Shown: in pieces, positions 38,382-51,270 of the stretch
Position numbering within the stretch: the first letter of the stretch is position 1
Layout: the number at the start of each line of letters is the position of its first letter
Assembly (NCBI GenBank): GCA_030390025.1
Contig: CM059432.1
Span: 71,178,001-71,242,000 of the forward strand
DNA from: Squalus acanthias
Lineage: Eukaryota
Length of the DNA stretch: 64,000 bases
Direction of reading: 5' to 3'
Position numbers and translations under genes: made by a program
The notes under the pieces: generated by a model
What the model saw: the letters and a program-made list of their open reading frames with translations, nothing else
What the model was told of the DNA's origin: nothing
Databases searched by the model: none

Positions 38382-38749
38382 AAAGTGTCCAGGTAACTCT
38401 CTCCCTCCCTGATGCATCGCAATGGCTGCAGCTCGGACTCCAGCTCAACAATTCTGAGCCGAACTTCCTCGAGTTGCAGTCACTTACTGCAGATGTGGTT
38501 GCTCGGGATCGCGATGCTCTCCACAAACTCCCACATGCTGCAGTTACAACACACCACCTGCCCTGCCATCTCTAACCTTGTTTTATTAATTAATTAATGA
38601 GTTAAAGATTTTATTCAATCAATATTTTAGATTCATTGTTTGATTATCTTATTTAGTTTAAGTTATTAATTTAATAATTACTAGCAGGTTACAGTTTCTC
38701 AGCTTTTAATTTAACCCCCTTCCCTAACTTAGAGAGCAAAAAAGAGCTC

Positions 38750-40574
38750 GCTCTCTCTCTCCAGTCTCTCTCTCTTTCTCCCCAGTCTCTCTCTCTCTCC
38801 CCAGTCTCTTTCTCTCTCTCCCTCCAGTCTCTCTCTCTCTCCCCAGTCTCTTTCTCTGTCCCTCCCCCAGTTTCTCTCACCCCGTCTCTCTCTCTCTCAC
38901 CCCGTCTCTCTCTCTCTCTTTCTCTCTCTCCCTCCAGTCGCTCTCTCTCTCACCCAGCCTCGTTTCTCTCTCCCCTCAGTCTCTCTCTCTCTCCCCAGTC
39001 TCACTCTTTCCCCCCCAGTCTCTCTCTCACCCCGTCTCTCTTTCTCTCCCCAAGTCTCTCTCTCTCTCTCCCCCGTTGCCCTCTCTCTCTCTCTCTACCC
39101 AGTCTCCCTCTCACCCACCAGTCGCTCTCTCTCAACCCCTCTCTCTCTCGCCAGTCTCCCTCTCTCACCCCATCTCTCTCTCTCTCCCCAGTCTCTCTCT
39201 CTCTCTCGCCAGTCTCCCTCTCTCACCCCATCTCTCTCTCTCTCTCGCAGTCTCTCTCTCTCGCAGTCTCTCTCTCTCTCGCAGTCTCTCTCTCTCTCTC
39301 TCCCTCCAGTCTCTCTCTCTCTCTCTCTCTCTCCCCCAGTCTCTCTCTCTCCCAGTCTCTCTCTATCTCTCTCTCTCCCAGTCTCTCTCTATCTCTCTCT
39401 CCCCAGTCTCTCTCTCTCTCCCCAGTCTCTCTCTCTCTCCCTCCAGTCTCTCTCTCTCTCTCTCTCCCCCAGTCTCTCTCGCTCCCAGTCTCTCTCCATC
39501 TCTCTCTCCCCAGTCTCTCTCACTCTCCCTCCAGTCGCTCTCTCTCTCACCCAGCCTCGCTTTTCTCTCCCTTCAGTCCCTTTCTCTCTCCCCAGTCTCC
39601 CTCTCTCCCCAATCTCCCATTCTCCCTCCAGTCTCTCTCTGTCACCCCATCACTCTCTCTCTCTCCCAGTCTCTTTCTCACCCCGTCACTCTCTCTCTCT
39701 CTCTCTCTCTCCCCCAGTCTCTCTCTCTCTCCCCGTCTCTCTCTCTCCCAGTCTCTCTCTCTCTCACCCCGTCTCTCTCTCTCTCCCTTCCCCACTCTCT
39801 TTCTCTCCCAGTCTCTCTCTCTCACCCCGTCTCTCTCTCTCTCTCTCTCTCTCCCCCGGTCTCTCACTCTCTCTCTCCCCCCGTCTCTCTCTCTCTCCCA
39901 GTCTCTCTCTCTCACCCCATCTCTCTCTCTCTCTCTCTCTCTCCCCCGGTCTCTCACTCTCTCTCTCCCCCAGTCTCTCCCTCTCTCCCAATCTCTCTCT
40001 CTCTCTCCCCCAATCTCTCTCTCTCTCAGTCTCTCTCTCTCTCTCTCTACCCCAGTCTCTCTCTCTCTCTCCCCCAGGCTCTCTCTCTCTCTCTCTCTTT
40101 CCCCCAGTCTCTCTCTCTCTCTCTCCCGCAGTCTCTCTCTCTCTCCCCAGTCTCTCTCTCTCTCTCTCCCCAGTCTCTCTCTCTCTCTCCCCAGTCTCTC
40201 TCTCTCCCACAGTCTCTCTCTCTCCCCCGTCTCTCTCTCTCTCCAGTTTCTCTCTCTCTCTCTCTCCCCCGTCTCTCTCTCTCTTTCACTCCCCCATCTC
40301 TCTCTCTCTCTTTCTCTCTCGCCCCCCAGTCTCTCTCTCTCTCCCCCAGTCTCTGTCTCTCTCTCCCCCAGGCTCTCTCTCCCCCCCAGGCTCCCTCTCT
40401 CTCTCGCCCCCAGTCTCTCTCTCTCTCACTCCCCCAGTCTCCCTCTCTCTCTCTCCCAGTCTCTCTCTCTCTCTCCCACAGTCTCTCTCTCTGTCCCTCC
40501 CCGAGTCTCTCTCTCTCATCCCCAGTCTCTCTCTCTCTCTCTCTCTCTCCGCAGTCTCTCTCTGTCTCTCCCCC

Positions 40575-40619
<45 letters not shown>

Positions 40620-40780
40620 TCTCCCCCGGTCTCTCTCTCTCTCTCCCCCAGTCTCTTTCTCTCTCCCAATCTCTCTCTCTCTCTCCCCCAATCTCTCTCT
40701 CTCTCTCCCAGTCTCTCTCTCTCTCCCCCAGTCTCTCTCTCTGTCCCTCCCCCAGTCTCTCTTTCTCTCTCTCTCTCCCC

Positions 40781-40829
<49 letters not shown>

Positions 40830-40984
40830 CCGGTCTCTCTCTCTCTCTCCCCCAGTCTCTTTCTCTCTCCCAGTCTCTCTCTCTCTCCCCCAGTCTCTCT
40901 CTCTGTCCCTCCCCCAGTCTCTCTCTCTGTCCCTCCCCCAGTCTCTCTCTCTCTCTCTCCCCCAGTCTCTCTCTCTCTCTCCCC

Positions 40985-41019
<35 letters not shown>

Positions 41020-41812
41020 AGTCTCTCTCTCTCTCTCTCCCGCAGTCTCTCTCTCTCTCCCCCAGTCTCTGTCTCTCTCTCCCCCAGTCGCTCTATCTCT
41101 TACCCCCAGTCTCTCTCTCACTCCCCCAGTCTCCCTCTCTCTCTCTCTCCCAGTCTCTCTCTCTCTCCCCCCCAGGCTCTCTCTCTCTCTCCCCAGGCTC
41201 CCTCTCTCTCTCCCCAGTCTCTCTCTCTCTCTCCCCCAGTCTCTCTCTCTCCCCCAGACTCTCTCTCTCTCTCTCCCTCCCCAATCTCTCTCTCTCCCCA
41301 GTCTCTCTCTCCTCCCCACCAGTCTCTCTCTCTCTCTCTCTCCCCCAGTCTCTCTCTCTCTCTCCCTCCCCGTCTCTCTCTCTCTCCCCCAGTCTCTGTC
41401 TCTCTCTCCCCCAGTATCTCTCTCTCTCTCCCCAGTCTCTCTCTCTCTCTCTTCTCCCCACCAGTCTCTCTCTCTCTCTCTCTCTCTCTCCCCCAGTCTC
41501 TCTCTCTCTCTCTCCCCCCTGGTCTCTCTCTCTCTCCCTCCCCCGTCTCTCTCTCTCTCTCTCTCTCGCTCCCCCGATCTCACTCTCTCTCTCTCCCCCA
41601 GTCTCTCTCTCTCTCCCAATCTATCTCTCTCTCTTCCCCAATCTCTCTCTCTCCCAGTCTCTCTCTCTCTCTCTCTCCCCCAGTCTCTCTCTCTGTCCCT
41701 CCCCAGTCTCTCTCTCTCTCTCTCTCTCCCCCAATCTCTCTCTCTCTCCCCCAGTCTCTCTCTCTCTCCCAATCTCTCTCTCTCTCTCCCCAACCTTTCT
41801 CTCTCTCTCTCC

Positions 41813-41851
<39 letters not shown>

Positions 41852-42930
41852 CCAGTCTCTCTCTCTGTCCCTCCCCCAGTCTCTCTCTCTCTCTCCCCCA
41901 GTCTCTCTCTCTCTCTCCCTCAGGCTCTCTCTCTCTCTCTCTCCCCCACTCTCTCTCTCTGTCCCTCACCCAGTTTCTCTCACCCCCAGTTTCTCTCTCT
42001 CTCTCCCCAGGCTCTCTCTCTCTCTCTCCCGCAGTCTCTCTCTCTCTCTCTCCCCCAGTCTCTCTCTCTCTCTCCCCAGTATCTCTCTCTCCCCAGTCTC
42101 TCTCTCTCTCCCACAGTCTCTCTCTCTCCCACCCGTCTCTCTCTCTCTCCCCTAGTCTCTCTCTCCCCAGTCTCTCTCTCTCTCTCCCCAGTCTCTCTCT
42201 CTATCTCTCTCCAGTCTCTCTCTCTCTCTCTCTCTCCCCCAGTCTCTCTCTCTCTCTCTCTCCCCCCCGTCTCTCTCTCTCTCCCCTAGTCTCTCTCTCC
42301 CCAGTCTCTCTCTCTCTCTCCCCAGTCTCTCTCTCTCTCTCTCCAGTCTCTCTCTCTATCTCTCTCCAGTCTCTCTCTCTCTCTCTCTCTCTCCCCCAGT
42401 CTCTCTCTCTCTCCCCCCCCGTCTCTCTCTCTCTCTCGCCCCCAGTCTCTCTCTCTCTCCCCCAGTCTCTGTCTCTCTCTCCCCCAGTCACTCTCTCTCT
42501 TACCCCCATTCTCTCTCTCACTCTCCCAGTCTCCCTCTCTCTCTCTCCCAGGCTCTCTCTCTCTCTCCCCCAGGCTCCCTCTCTCTCTCTCTCGTCCCCA
42601 GTCTCTCTCTCTCTCACTCCCCCAGTCTCCCTCTCTCTCTCTCTCTCTTCCCCAGTCTCTCTCTCTCTCCCCAGTCTCTCTCTCTCTCTCTCCCCCAGTC
42701 TCTCTCTCCCAGTCTCTCTCTCTCTCTTCCCCAGTCTCTCTCTCTCTCTCTCCCCCATCTCTCTCTCTCCCCCCAGACTCTCTCTCTCTCTCTCCCCCAT
42801 CTCTCTCTCTCCCCCCAGACTCTCTCTCTCTCTCTCTCTCTCTCCCCCAGTCTCTCTCTCTCCCCCAGTCTCTCTCTCTCTCCCCAGACTCCATCTCACC
42901 CCCAGTCTCTCTCTCTCTCCCCCAGTCTCT
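38750..42930. repeat. ~4.2-kb CT-rich polypyrimidine/polypurine satellite
   Basis: (CT)n tracts punctuated by CCCCAGT/CCCCGT/CCCAAT. Confidence 0.98.
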
Positions 42931-43019
42931 GGCAAAACCATAGAAGAGGATCGGGTATGCATGTGCACGAGACCGCACATGTGAAGAGGGCTGCAAAGCT
43001 GTTGGGGATAATCAGAGTG

Positions 43020-45414
43020 TGTTTATCGGGCTGCTCCCCCGCTCCAGCTGCTGTCCAGCTCTCTGTGCGGCCTTTCAATTCAACTGCGTGGCAGCTCGAG
43101 GATTAGTGTGCAGCCATGCACCTTAGAGGGAACAGTGGCTGGGACCCATCCTTTCTAGCATGGAAGCAGTGACCAACTCCATTAACGCACTTGTGGACCG
43201 AGCCATGATGCAGGGTCTGATGGCCGATGTCTCAGATTCTACTGCAGCACAAGCAGCAGCCACCCAATGTCTGAGTGCTGCAGTGGAAGCACAGACTGCT
43301 GTCACCATGGCTCTGGATTCCAGTGTTCAAAGGAGCTTGCAGGGTGTCACAGCAGTCCAGCAATCTGTCCTCTAACAGATTACTAGGATTGCTGAGGCGC
43401 CATCTGGGGAAGTGGCAGTGGCTTCCTAGAGAATGAACCTAGAGCTGCTTGAGGTCGCTCTCCAAGGCCGTCTGCAATCTCCGCCACTGAAAATCAGCAG
43501 CCTTTCACCAGCCATGCTGCAGGCACTGGGGTAGCACAGCATAGGAACACTAGGAAGACAGGCACTAAGGGAATGCACAGGGTGATTAGTTTATGTTTGT
43601 ATGCAATATGGCATGATTTCATTTATAAATTTGGTTTGGAATGTTTATTTCATGGTGGTTTTTATTTTTGCATTCTGGTCAAGTGGGCAATGTGATGGTC
43701 AGTGACAGAGGGAAGATAAGGTGTGGGACTGTTGGTGAATGTGGAATTGGGGTTGTGTTTACTGGTGTCGCAGTCGTATGAGTTCTTCACAGACAGCCAG
43801 GCCAGAAAGGAGCTGTCTAGGTTGCCTCCTCCCTTCCTCTTTTCCTGTTCCTCCTCCTCCTCCTCCTCCTCCTCCTGCTCCTGCTCCTCAGCTGCTCGCC
43901 GTATAGCTGGTGGCAAGGGCTCTGCCCTCATGATGGCGAGGTTGTGCAGCATGCAGCAGACCACCAGGAATCTTGACACCCGCTCTGCCGAGTACTGCAG
44001 GACTCCTCCAGTGCGGTCCAGGCATCAGAAGCATGCCAATGGTCTGCTCTATCACATTTTGTGCGGCAGCATGGCTTTCATTGTGTGCATGCTGCCCCTG
44101 TGTGTGTGGGTTGCGCACTGCATCATGAGCCATGTCATCAGTGGATAGCCCTTGTCGCCCAGTAGCCACCCCTTGGTTTGCTGTGACGGCACAGCGGACT
44201 GCCGCACGATACCGGGCAGTGACCTGCATGATTCGCTGCCTCTGGTCACACACCAGCTGGACATTGAGGGAGTGGAATCTCTTTCGGTTCCGGTACATGT
44301 CAGAGTTGATATGCGGTGCCCGCGATACGGTGTGCGTGCAGTCAATGGCACCTTGCACCATGGGATTGCCTGCAATCTTAGCAAAGATGCATGCTCGCTC
44401 TGCCTGCTGCTCTCTGGCAAGAGAGAATGAAATGTAGTCAGCTTTCTTTGAATAGAAAGTCTCAGTGACCTCCCTTAAACAACAGTGGATGGCAAACTGC
44501 GAGATGTGGCAAATATCTCCAGCTCCAGCCTGGACGGAGCCCAATGCATAAAAGTTCATGGCCATGGTCACCTCACAGTCACTGACAATGTGGTCCCTGC
44601 CCTACTCTGATGTTGCAGTTGTGGCTGCAGCAGGTGGCAGATTTCAGTGAGGATGTCCTTATTGATGGGCAGACGTCTCACATGTTCCTTGCTGAGGTTC
44701 AGATCGGATAATTACTCCTTGAACACCCTGGCGGCTATGGCCTCCTGCGGAAAGACATTCTCCCCCTCCCCCTCCTCCCTCTTCTAGGAGCTTGTCCTGC
44801 TCTGCGCAGCCTCTGTTCATTCTCCAAGTCATGCTGTATTCCAAGGGAAACTCTGACTAGTGCACCCATGTCTGTCAGCAAGTGGTTTGTGCAGAAGCCT
44901 TGAAGTTAGGAAAAAGCCCTTCAGCATGTGCCGCACCACTCTCTGTAGACTTTCACCACTTGAAAGAACTATAGAAAGCACCAAACACTTGTAGAATCAT
45001 ACCAACAGCCAGAAGAAATCAACCAGCAACTAACCTGTGCGTAGTTGATGATCCCTTTAAATAGCGCTGGTGGGGGGTCCTTCAATAAGGATATCCTCAC
45101 TGAGGCATCCCCATGGTGCAGGATTCACGTGTTCAGCTGTGCAAGCTTAAGAGAAGGTATTAGCTGGAGAGTTGAGCTCCAAAATGGCTGCGCTGGTGCC
45201 AAATCTGCGTTGCACACTGATTGACATCACAATCTGCCTACTCTGCATACTTCTGGCAGGCACTCACTGCGTGTGCGCTAGCACCTCACCAATATGGCGC
45301 CCAGCGCGATTCGCCCCACAAGTGTGCGCATGAGCATCGGACGCCATTTTGGCACCCAACTGGCACCCATAGCGCCCAAACAACGAGCGCTACCAATCCG
45401 AATTTTGCACCCCC
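43020..45414 (-). mobile_element. Inactivated Harbinger in reverse orientation (transposase pseudogene ~43760-44870 -, Myb exon 3 remnant ~43100-43590 +)
   Basis: [45 protein letters not shown]. Terminus aattttgcaccccc followed by TTA; other end lost. Confidence 0.9.
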
Positions 45415-46126
45415 TTACTTCTACTGATAGCCCATTGTCATTAGAGGGATTATAGCTTGAAATTATATCATTAATTATGCTGTTCGAATGCCTGTGCAGA
45501 GTGTGGATTCCAATTATTCTACTTTAGCTGACTTTTTCCAATTTGTCAACAGCTCTAATATAATTCAGATATTATGGATTAAGTATCTTCACTGATAGTT
45601 ATATGGAAATTACTGACAATGACTGTTTTCAATCTTCATGGTACACTGAGCTAAGGGCCTTGGCAGTAGAAAAATAGTTTGTAGCTACTAATTGCTAACA
45701 GACATACCGTAGAAATTTCCCATGTTTGCCTTTGATGTATTGTTAATTTTTTCTTTCTTTCTCTGTCTTGGTAATTGCTAGAAAACAGCCCCTGTCCTAT
45801 ATAATTGACTTGCAACCAGATGGGTACATTGACAGAATTATTAACTTATGTTATAAAGTGCAGGTAACAACTGATTCAAACCTATCTAGCTGAACGGAAG
45901 ACAGGGGAAACTTGAAGCAAAGTGCTATTCCACTTTCCTTTGATTTGACAGCAGGCCCTTGAGTGGGATTTCTTATTAAATTTTCTAGCTGACATCTAAA
46001 ATCTCGCTGAGACACTGCAAGTAACTGACTTCTGCATCAATAATTATATAATTTCAAGCTTACTCATATGGCAGCTTAAAAAAAGCAAGACATTTAGATA
46101 TAAGTCAGGTGCCACCAAGTCCTATG

Positions 46127-46774
46127 GGGGCGAAATTCCCCTCGTTTGTGACTCCGGTGGGAGGCGCTAACGGGATGCAAATGGCTTTTCGCCCCCCCCC
46201 CCCCGAGGCGATAACCGTGCCTCCCGTGAAATCCCGCGGGAGGTTAGCGGCGGCGCTACCGGGTCTCGCCCCGATCTTCTGCGCCCGGAGATCATGATGT
46301 CCTCTCCGGGCGCAGCGCCCCGGTAGCGCCTCGAGAGAAAAATTCCCCCTCGCGCCCCGCAGCAGCGCCGGGCGATGTTACCGACTGCTGCAGGGGTCGC
46401 AAACAGTGAGGCCGGCCGCTCGCGAGGCGCCATTTAAAGGCGCGGTGGGCTTGAGTACCGGGGCTGATCGCGCTGCACTCCCGCTCCCCGGTGGCCCAGA
46501 AATCTACGATGAAACCTGCAGAGCTCACAGCGTGGGGCCCTGCCCTTTAATGCAGGGAAGAGCCCCTGCAGAGTGGCACTGCTGAACACAGCGCCCTGGA
46601 TCGGGACATTCCCCGACTCTTGCACTCCAAGAGGCAAGTGGAGCGCTTGATTTATTGCTCCATTTCCTTCTTGGAGCAAAAAGAGGGAATTTAACAAATG
46701 TTTGAAAAGGTTAGCGCCTGGCGCTAACTTTCCAAACATTTTTCACCTAGCGCCCCAAATGGGGAATTTCTCCC
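46127..46774. mobile_element. Harbinger-type MITE, GC-rich, right end related to the intact element at 57910-61952
   Basis: ggggcgaaattcccc / ggggaatttctccc, ATG/ATG flanks. TTAGCGCCTGGCGCTAA at 46711-46727 and gcgccccaaatgggg near the end. Confidence 0.8.
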
Positions 46775-47519
46775 ATGAGTCTTATTATATTGTATTGACA
46801 GATAAGATGGACTCAATGGATATTTTCCACACAGATTTGCAGATACGTGTACAAATGCTGAATTTTGTAGCTGTTATCTGGCTGAAAATATTCGAGAAGC
46901 TCAGCCAATTTCCCAGCTCTATATCACTATAAGCTTTTAAATAGTGAACGGCCCCAATGTAGGTATTAAATGCCCGAGTGCCCTGCATGGTGTGTAAACC
47001 TGTTTTTTCCTGGAGATGGATGAATAGAATATGAACCTGAACCCAAAAATCTGATATCATCTAAATCTGGGGGGTGGAGAGGAGGTGAGGGGAAGCGGAG
47101 GTGGGGGAGGGGGATGGCATGAGGCTCAAACAAACAGACTGATCCAATCTGACTTTTTGCTGGTTCCACTCAGATTTGGGGACATGGTTTTTTTTCAAAG
47201 TCTAATATTAACACAATTGCGCAGTCACAGTGTACACACTTGGAAATAACTCAATATTGTAATTTTTTGCTCCAGCACTTTCCAAAGCAAGAAGTGACAG
47301 GCTCAGTTTGGGTTTCAGTTCAAGTGAACAAAAGGAGACAAAGAAAACAAAAGCTGAGTAGAAATTGGGCCTTGTGGCACCTGTTTTACAAGCGTAAAAT
47401 AAGCATATTGAGGGCCAATTTCATAGACTAACATGCTGCGTTCCAACAACATGTGAAAGATATCCGAGCCAAAATTGGGCTAGACAATTTTTCAGGTGCC
47501 CCGGCAGCTGCCTTAAACA

Positions 47520-47905
47520 GACAGTAATATTTTCATCCTTATTTTCAAATTCCTCCATGGCCTCCCCTCTCCCTATCTCTGTAACCTGCTCCAGCTCTAC
47601 AAACCTCCAAGATCTCTGCGCTCCTCTAATTCTGGTCTCTTGTGCATCCCCCATTTCATCTCTCCACCATTGGCAGCCATGCCTTCAGCTGCCTAGGCCC
47701 TAAGCTCTTGAATGCCCTCCTTAAACCTCTCTGCCTTTGTACATCTCCCTCCTCCTTTAAGATGCTCCTTAAAACCTAACTCTTTGACCACCTGTCCTAA
47801 TATCTCCTTATGTGGCTCAGTGTCAAATATTGTTTTATAACGCTTCTGTGAAGTGCCTTGGGATGTTTTAATACATTAAAGGCATTATATAAAGTTGTTG
47901 TAGTT
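47520..47905 (+). mobile_element. L2 LINE 3' end
   Basis: L2-like C-terminal coding remnant, gccttcagctgcctaggccctaagctc, and tail tgtgaagtgccttgggatg...aaaggcattatataaa. Confidence 0.75.
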
Positions 47906-47959
47906 AGGCCCATTACATATGTAAATGAGGGGCCTAACGCCCATTTTAGGACCAATTTG

Positions 47960-49108
47960 CCAATTTGAGAGTAGACTGATGGGGCGGTAATTGGCCGGAT
48001 TGGATTTGTCCTTTTTGTGGACAGGACACACCTAGGCAGTTTTCCACATTGTCGGATAGATGCCAGTGTTGTAGCTGTACTGGAACAGCTTGGCTAGAGG
48101 CGCAGCTAGTTCTGGAGCACAAGCCTTCAGCGTGATAGCCGGGATGTTGTCGTGGCCCATAGCCTTTGCTGTATCCAGTGCGCTCAGCCGTTTCTTGATA
48201 TCACATGGAGTGAATCGAATTGGCTGTAGAATGGCTTCTGTGATGGTGGGGACCTCAGAAATAGGCCGATATGGATCATCCACTCGGCACTTCTGGCTGA
48301 AGTTGGTTGCAAACGCTTCAGCCTTGTCTTTTGCACTCACGTGCTGGGCTCCACCATCATTGAGGATGGGGATATTCTTGAAGCCTCCTCCTCCCGTTAG
48401 TTGTTTAATGGTCCACCACCATTCACGACTGGATGTGACAGGACTGCAGAGCTTTGATCTCATCTGTTGATTGTGGGATCGCTTAGCCCTGTTTATAGCA
48501 TGCTGCATCCGCTTTTTAGCATGCATGTAGTCCTGTGTTGCAGTTTACCCAGGTTGGCACCTCATTTTTAGGTACGCCTGGTGCTGCTCCTGGCATGCTC
48601 TTCTACACTTGTTGTTGAACCAGGGTTGGTCCCCTGGCTTGGTGGTAATGGTAGGGTGAGGGATATGCCGGGCCATGAGGTTACAGATTGTGGTGGAATA
48701 CAATTCTGCTGCTGTTGATGGCCCACAGCGCCTCATGGATGCCCAGTTTTGAGCTGCTAGATCTGTTCTGAATCTATCCCATTTAGCACGGTGGTAGTGC
48801 CACACAACACAATGGAGTGTGTTCTCAGTGTGAAGACGGGACTTCGTCTCCACAATGACTGTGCGGTAGTCACTGCTGCCAATGCTGCCATGGACAGATG
48901 CATCTGCAACAGGTAGATTGGTGAGGTCGAGGTCAAGTAGGTTTTTCCCTCTTGTTGGTTCACTCACCACCTGTCGCAGGCCCAGACTGGCAGTTATTTC
49001 CTTCAGGACTCGGCCAGCTCGATCAGTAGTGATGCTACCGAGCCACTCTTGGTGATGGACATTGAAGTCCCCCACCCAGAGTACATTCTGTGCCCTTGCT
49101 ACTCTCAG
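47960..49108 (-). mobile_element. LINE family B internal fragment (APE and linker to RT)
   Basis: GDFNVHHQEWLGS, EPTRGKNLLDL, PWFN, KAMGHDNIP, NPANYRPISLLS. Confidence 0.92.
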
Positions 49109-49119
49109 TTAAAAATGCA

Positions 49120-49762
49120 TAAGGAATGCTTTCCTTTATTAGCTGAGGCATAGAATATAAGAGAAGGGAAGTTATGTTAAAACTGTATACAACACTGGGT
49201 AGGCCACAGCTAGAGTACTGCGTACAGTTCTGGTCACCACATTACAGGAAAGATGTGATTGCACTGGAGAGGGTGCAGAGGAGATTTACGAGGATGTTTC
49301 CAGGACTGGAAAATTTTAGCTATGAGGAAAGATTGGATAGGCTGGGGTTGTTTTTCTTGGAACAGAGGAGGCTGAGGGGAGATCTAATTGAGATGTATAA
49401 AATTATGAGGGGCCTAGATAGAGTGGATAGGAAGGACCTATTTCCCTTAGCAGAGGGGTCAATAACCAGAGGGCATAGATTTAAAGTAATTGATAGAAGG
49501 ATTAGAGGGAAGATGAGGAGACATTTTTTCACCCAGAGGGTGGTGGGGGTCTGGAACTCACTGCCCGAAAGGGTGGTAGAGGCAGAAACCCTCATCACAT
49601 TTAAAAAGTACCTGGATGTGCACTTGAAGAGCTGTAACCTACAGGGCTACGGACCTAGTGCTGGAAAGTGGGATTAGGCTGGATAGCTCTTTTTTGACCG
49701 GCACGGACAAGATGGGCCGAATGGCCTCCTTCTTTGTCATAATTTTTCTATGATTCTATGAT
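49120..49762 (+). mobile_element. 5'-truncated CR1 3' end
   Basis: ORF 49174-49677 LEYCVQFWSPH...FFTQRVVGVWNSLP; TTCTATGA tail. Confidence 0.95.
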
Positions 49763-50099
49763 TCCAACAGATGTAATCAAATCTCACCTTGATTTAACTA
49801 ACTACAGAACTCTCCTCAAGAGCAAGAAAAATAAAAATATATATGTAATAGGCCTAATGCCTATTTCAGACAGGCGCCACAGGTGGCTGGGTAGTCGCCT
49901 ATGCCTATAAGCCAGCACCCATACTCCTGGTGCTGATCAGGTACAGGGCGTTTCTCCCTGAAATTGTCCCTTGTTGCACCTGTTTTACGCCCATTAGGCC
50001 TGTCCCTACTCTTGGCCTTCATATGAGTGTTCCTAGTGATCAGTGACTGTAAATATCTCATGGCAGCAGTGATATTGCAGATGCCAGTAACATTCTCTC

Positions 50100-50200
50100 T
50101 CCTCATTTACAACAGTGACTCCACTTCAAAAGTACTTCATTGGCTGTAAAGCGCTTAGAGACGTCCGGGTCGTAAAAGGCGCTATATAAATGCAAGTATT
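50100..50200 (+). repeat. SINE/L2-type 3' tail fragment (second copy ~51780-51910)
   Basis: acaacagtgactccacttcaaaagtacttcattggctgtaaagcgc...aaaggcgctatataaatgcaagt, repeated imperfectly at 51810-51910. Confidence 0.6.
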
Positions 50201-50714
50201 GCTTTCTTTTTCATTTGGCTCTGTTCCACACAGGTGGCCAGTGGTCCCCTTCACATTTTACACCATGTTTTGGATGCTCCTAGGCAGATCCTCAAAGAAT
50301 CTAACAGTCACTCATGATCTGAAAGCATTCTTCTTTTAAAAGCTGGGCCCCAATGATGTAGATCTCTGGTCAAGCAGCTGGGGACATTTGTAACCTAACT
50401 CTCTGGACAGGTGCTTCCTGCTCCTCTGAAATCATCTCCTCCGCCTCCTGCTCACTTGTGCTCTGTGCATCACCTAGGCTTCTCTCCTCAAATTGAAGAT
50501 CTGGGTCCAACACGGAGGATGCCTATGTGCTGGTACTTGCCTGAATCAGATGCAGCAACAAGGTGTTTGGTGAGGTGCTGGCTGGGTGGTCATGGGTGGC
50601 CTTGCTGCAGTTTCTAGTTCGTGTCGAAGAAAGATAAAAAGTGAAGTACTAGGGACATTTCCTCAGAGGTACTATGACTAGAATAACAGCAACAACAGCA
50701 ACAAAAACCCACAA

Positions 50715-51270
50715 TCACAATAACAGCAAATTGCATTTGTGTAGTGCCTTTAATATAGAAAAACATCCTAAAGTGCTTCACAGAGGCATAATCGAAAACT
50801 GAACGCCTAGCCAAAAAAGGAACTATTAGGAGGAGTAAACAAAAGCTTAGTCAAAGAGGTGGGTTTTAAGGAGGGTCTTAAAAGAGGAGAGGGAGTTGGA
50901 GAGGAAAAGGTTTAAGGGATAACATTTCAGAGCATGGGGCCTGATGGCATGGCTGCTAATAGTGGGGCAAAGGGAGAGTTTGGGGTTTGTAGGGCTGGAG
51001 GAAATAGAAACATAGGGAGAGGTAAAGACATGATGGAATTTAAACATGAGGAGAAGAATTTTAAATTTGAGGTGTTTGTGGACCTGGAACCAGTGTAGGT
51101 CAGTGAGGATAGGGGTGGTGGGCAAGTAGAACTTGATGTGGGATTGGATATTGGCAGCAGAGTTTTGTTTGAACTGAAGTTTACGGAGGATGGAGGATGA
51201 GAGGCTGTCCTGGAGAGCATTGCAATAGTCAAGTCTGGGTGTGACAAAGGCATGGATGAGGCATTTGCGA
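50715..51270 (-). mobile_element. L2 LINE 3' end
   Basis: TPILTDLHW..V...LKFKILLLMFK and SFKTLLKTHLF, typical L2 C-terminus, plus tail. Confidence 0.85.

Larger units (their letters stand above)
32960..38745 (-). mobile_element. CR1 LINE with both ends, an internal ORF2 deletion near 34000 and a Harbinger inserted in ORF1
   Basis: Tail at 32960; RT C-half ORF 33217-33993 (GVPQG, YINDL, FADDTK) abuts the end of APE (LDLVL, SDHN). APE start LYLNARSI/ITEMW; ORF1 esterase VGDSLVRG; ORF1 ATG 38569 (MAGQVVCCNCSMW). Confidence 0.93.

Noticed and set aside
37644..38396. 250-aa plus-strand ORF
   Set aside because: Crosses the TIR into CR1 sequence and is antisense to the vestigial transposase.
39076..42984. 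1302-aa Ser/Leu/Pro ORF and overlapping Glu/Arg ORFs on the minus strand
   Set aside because: Artefact of the stop-free CT satellite; no ATG start or domain content.
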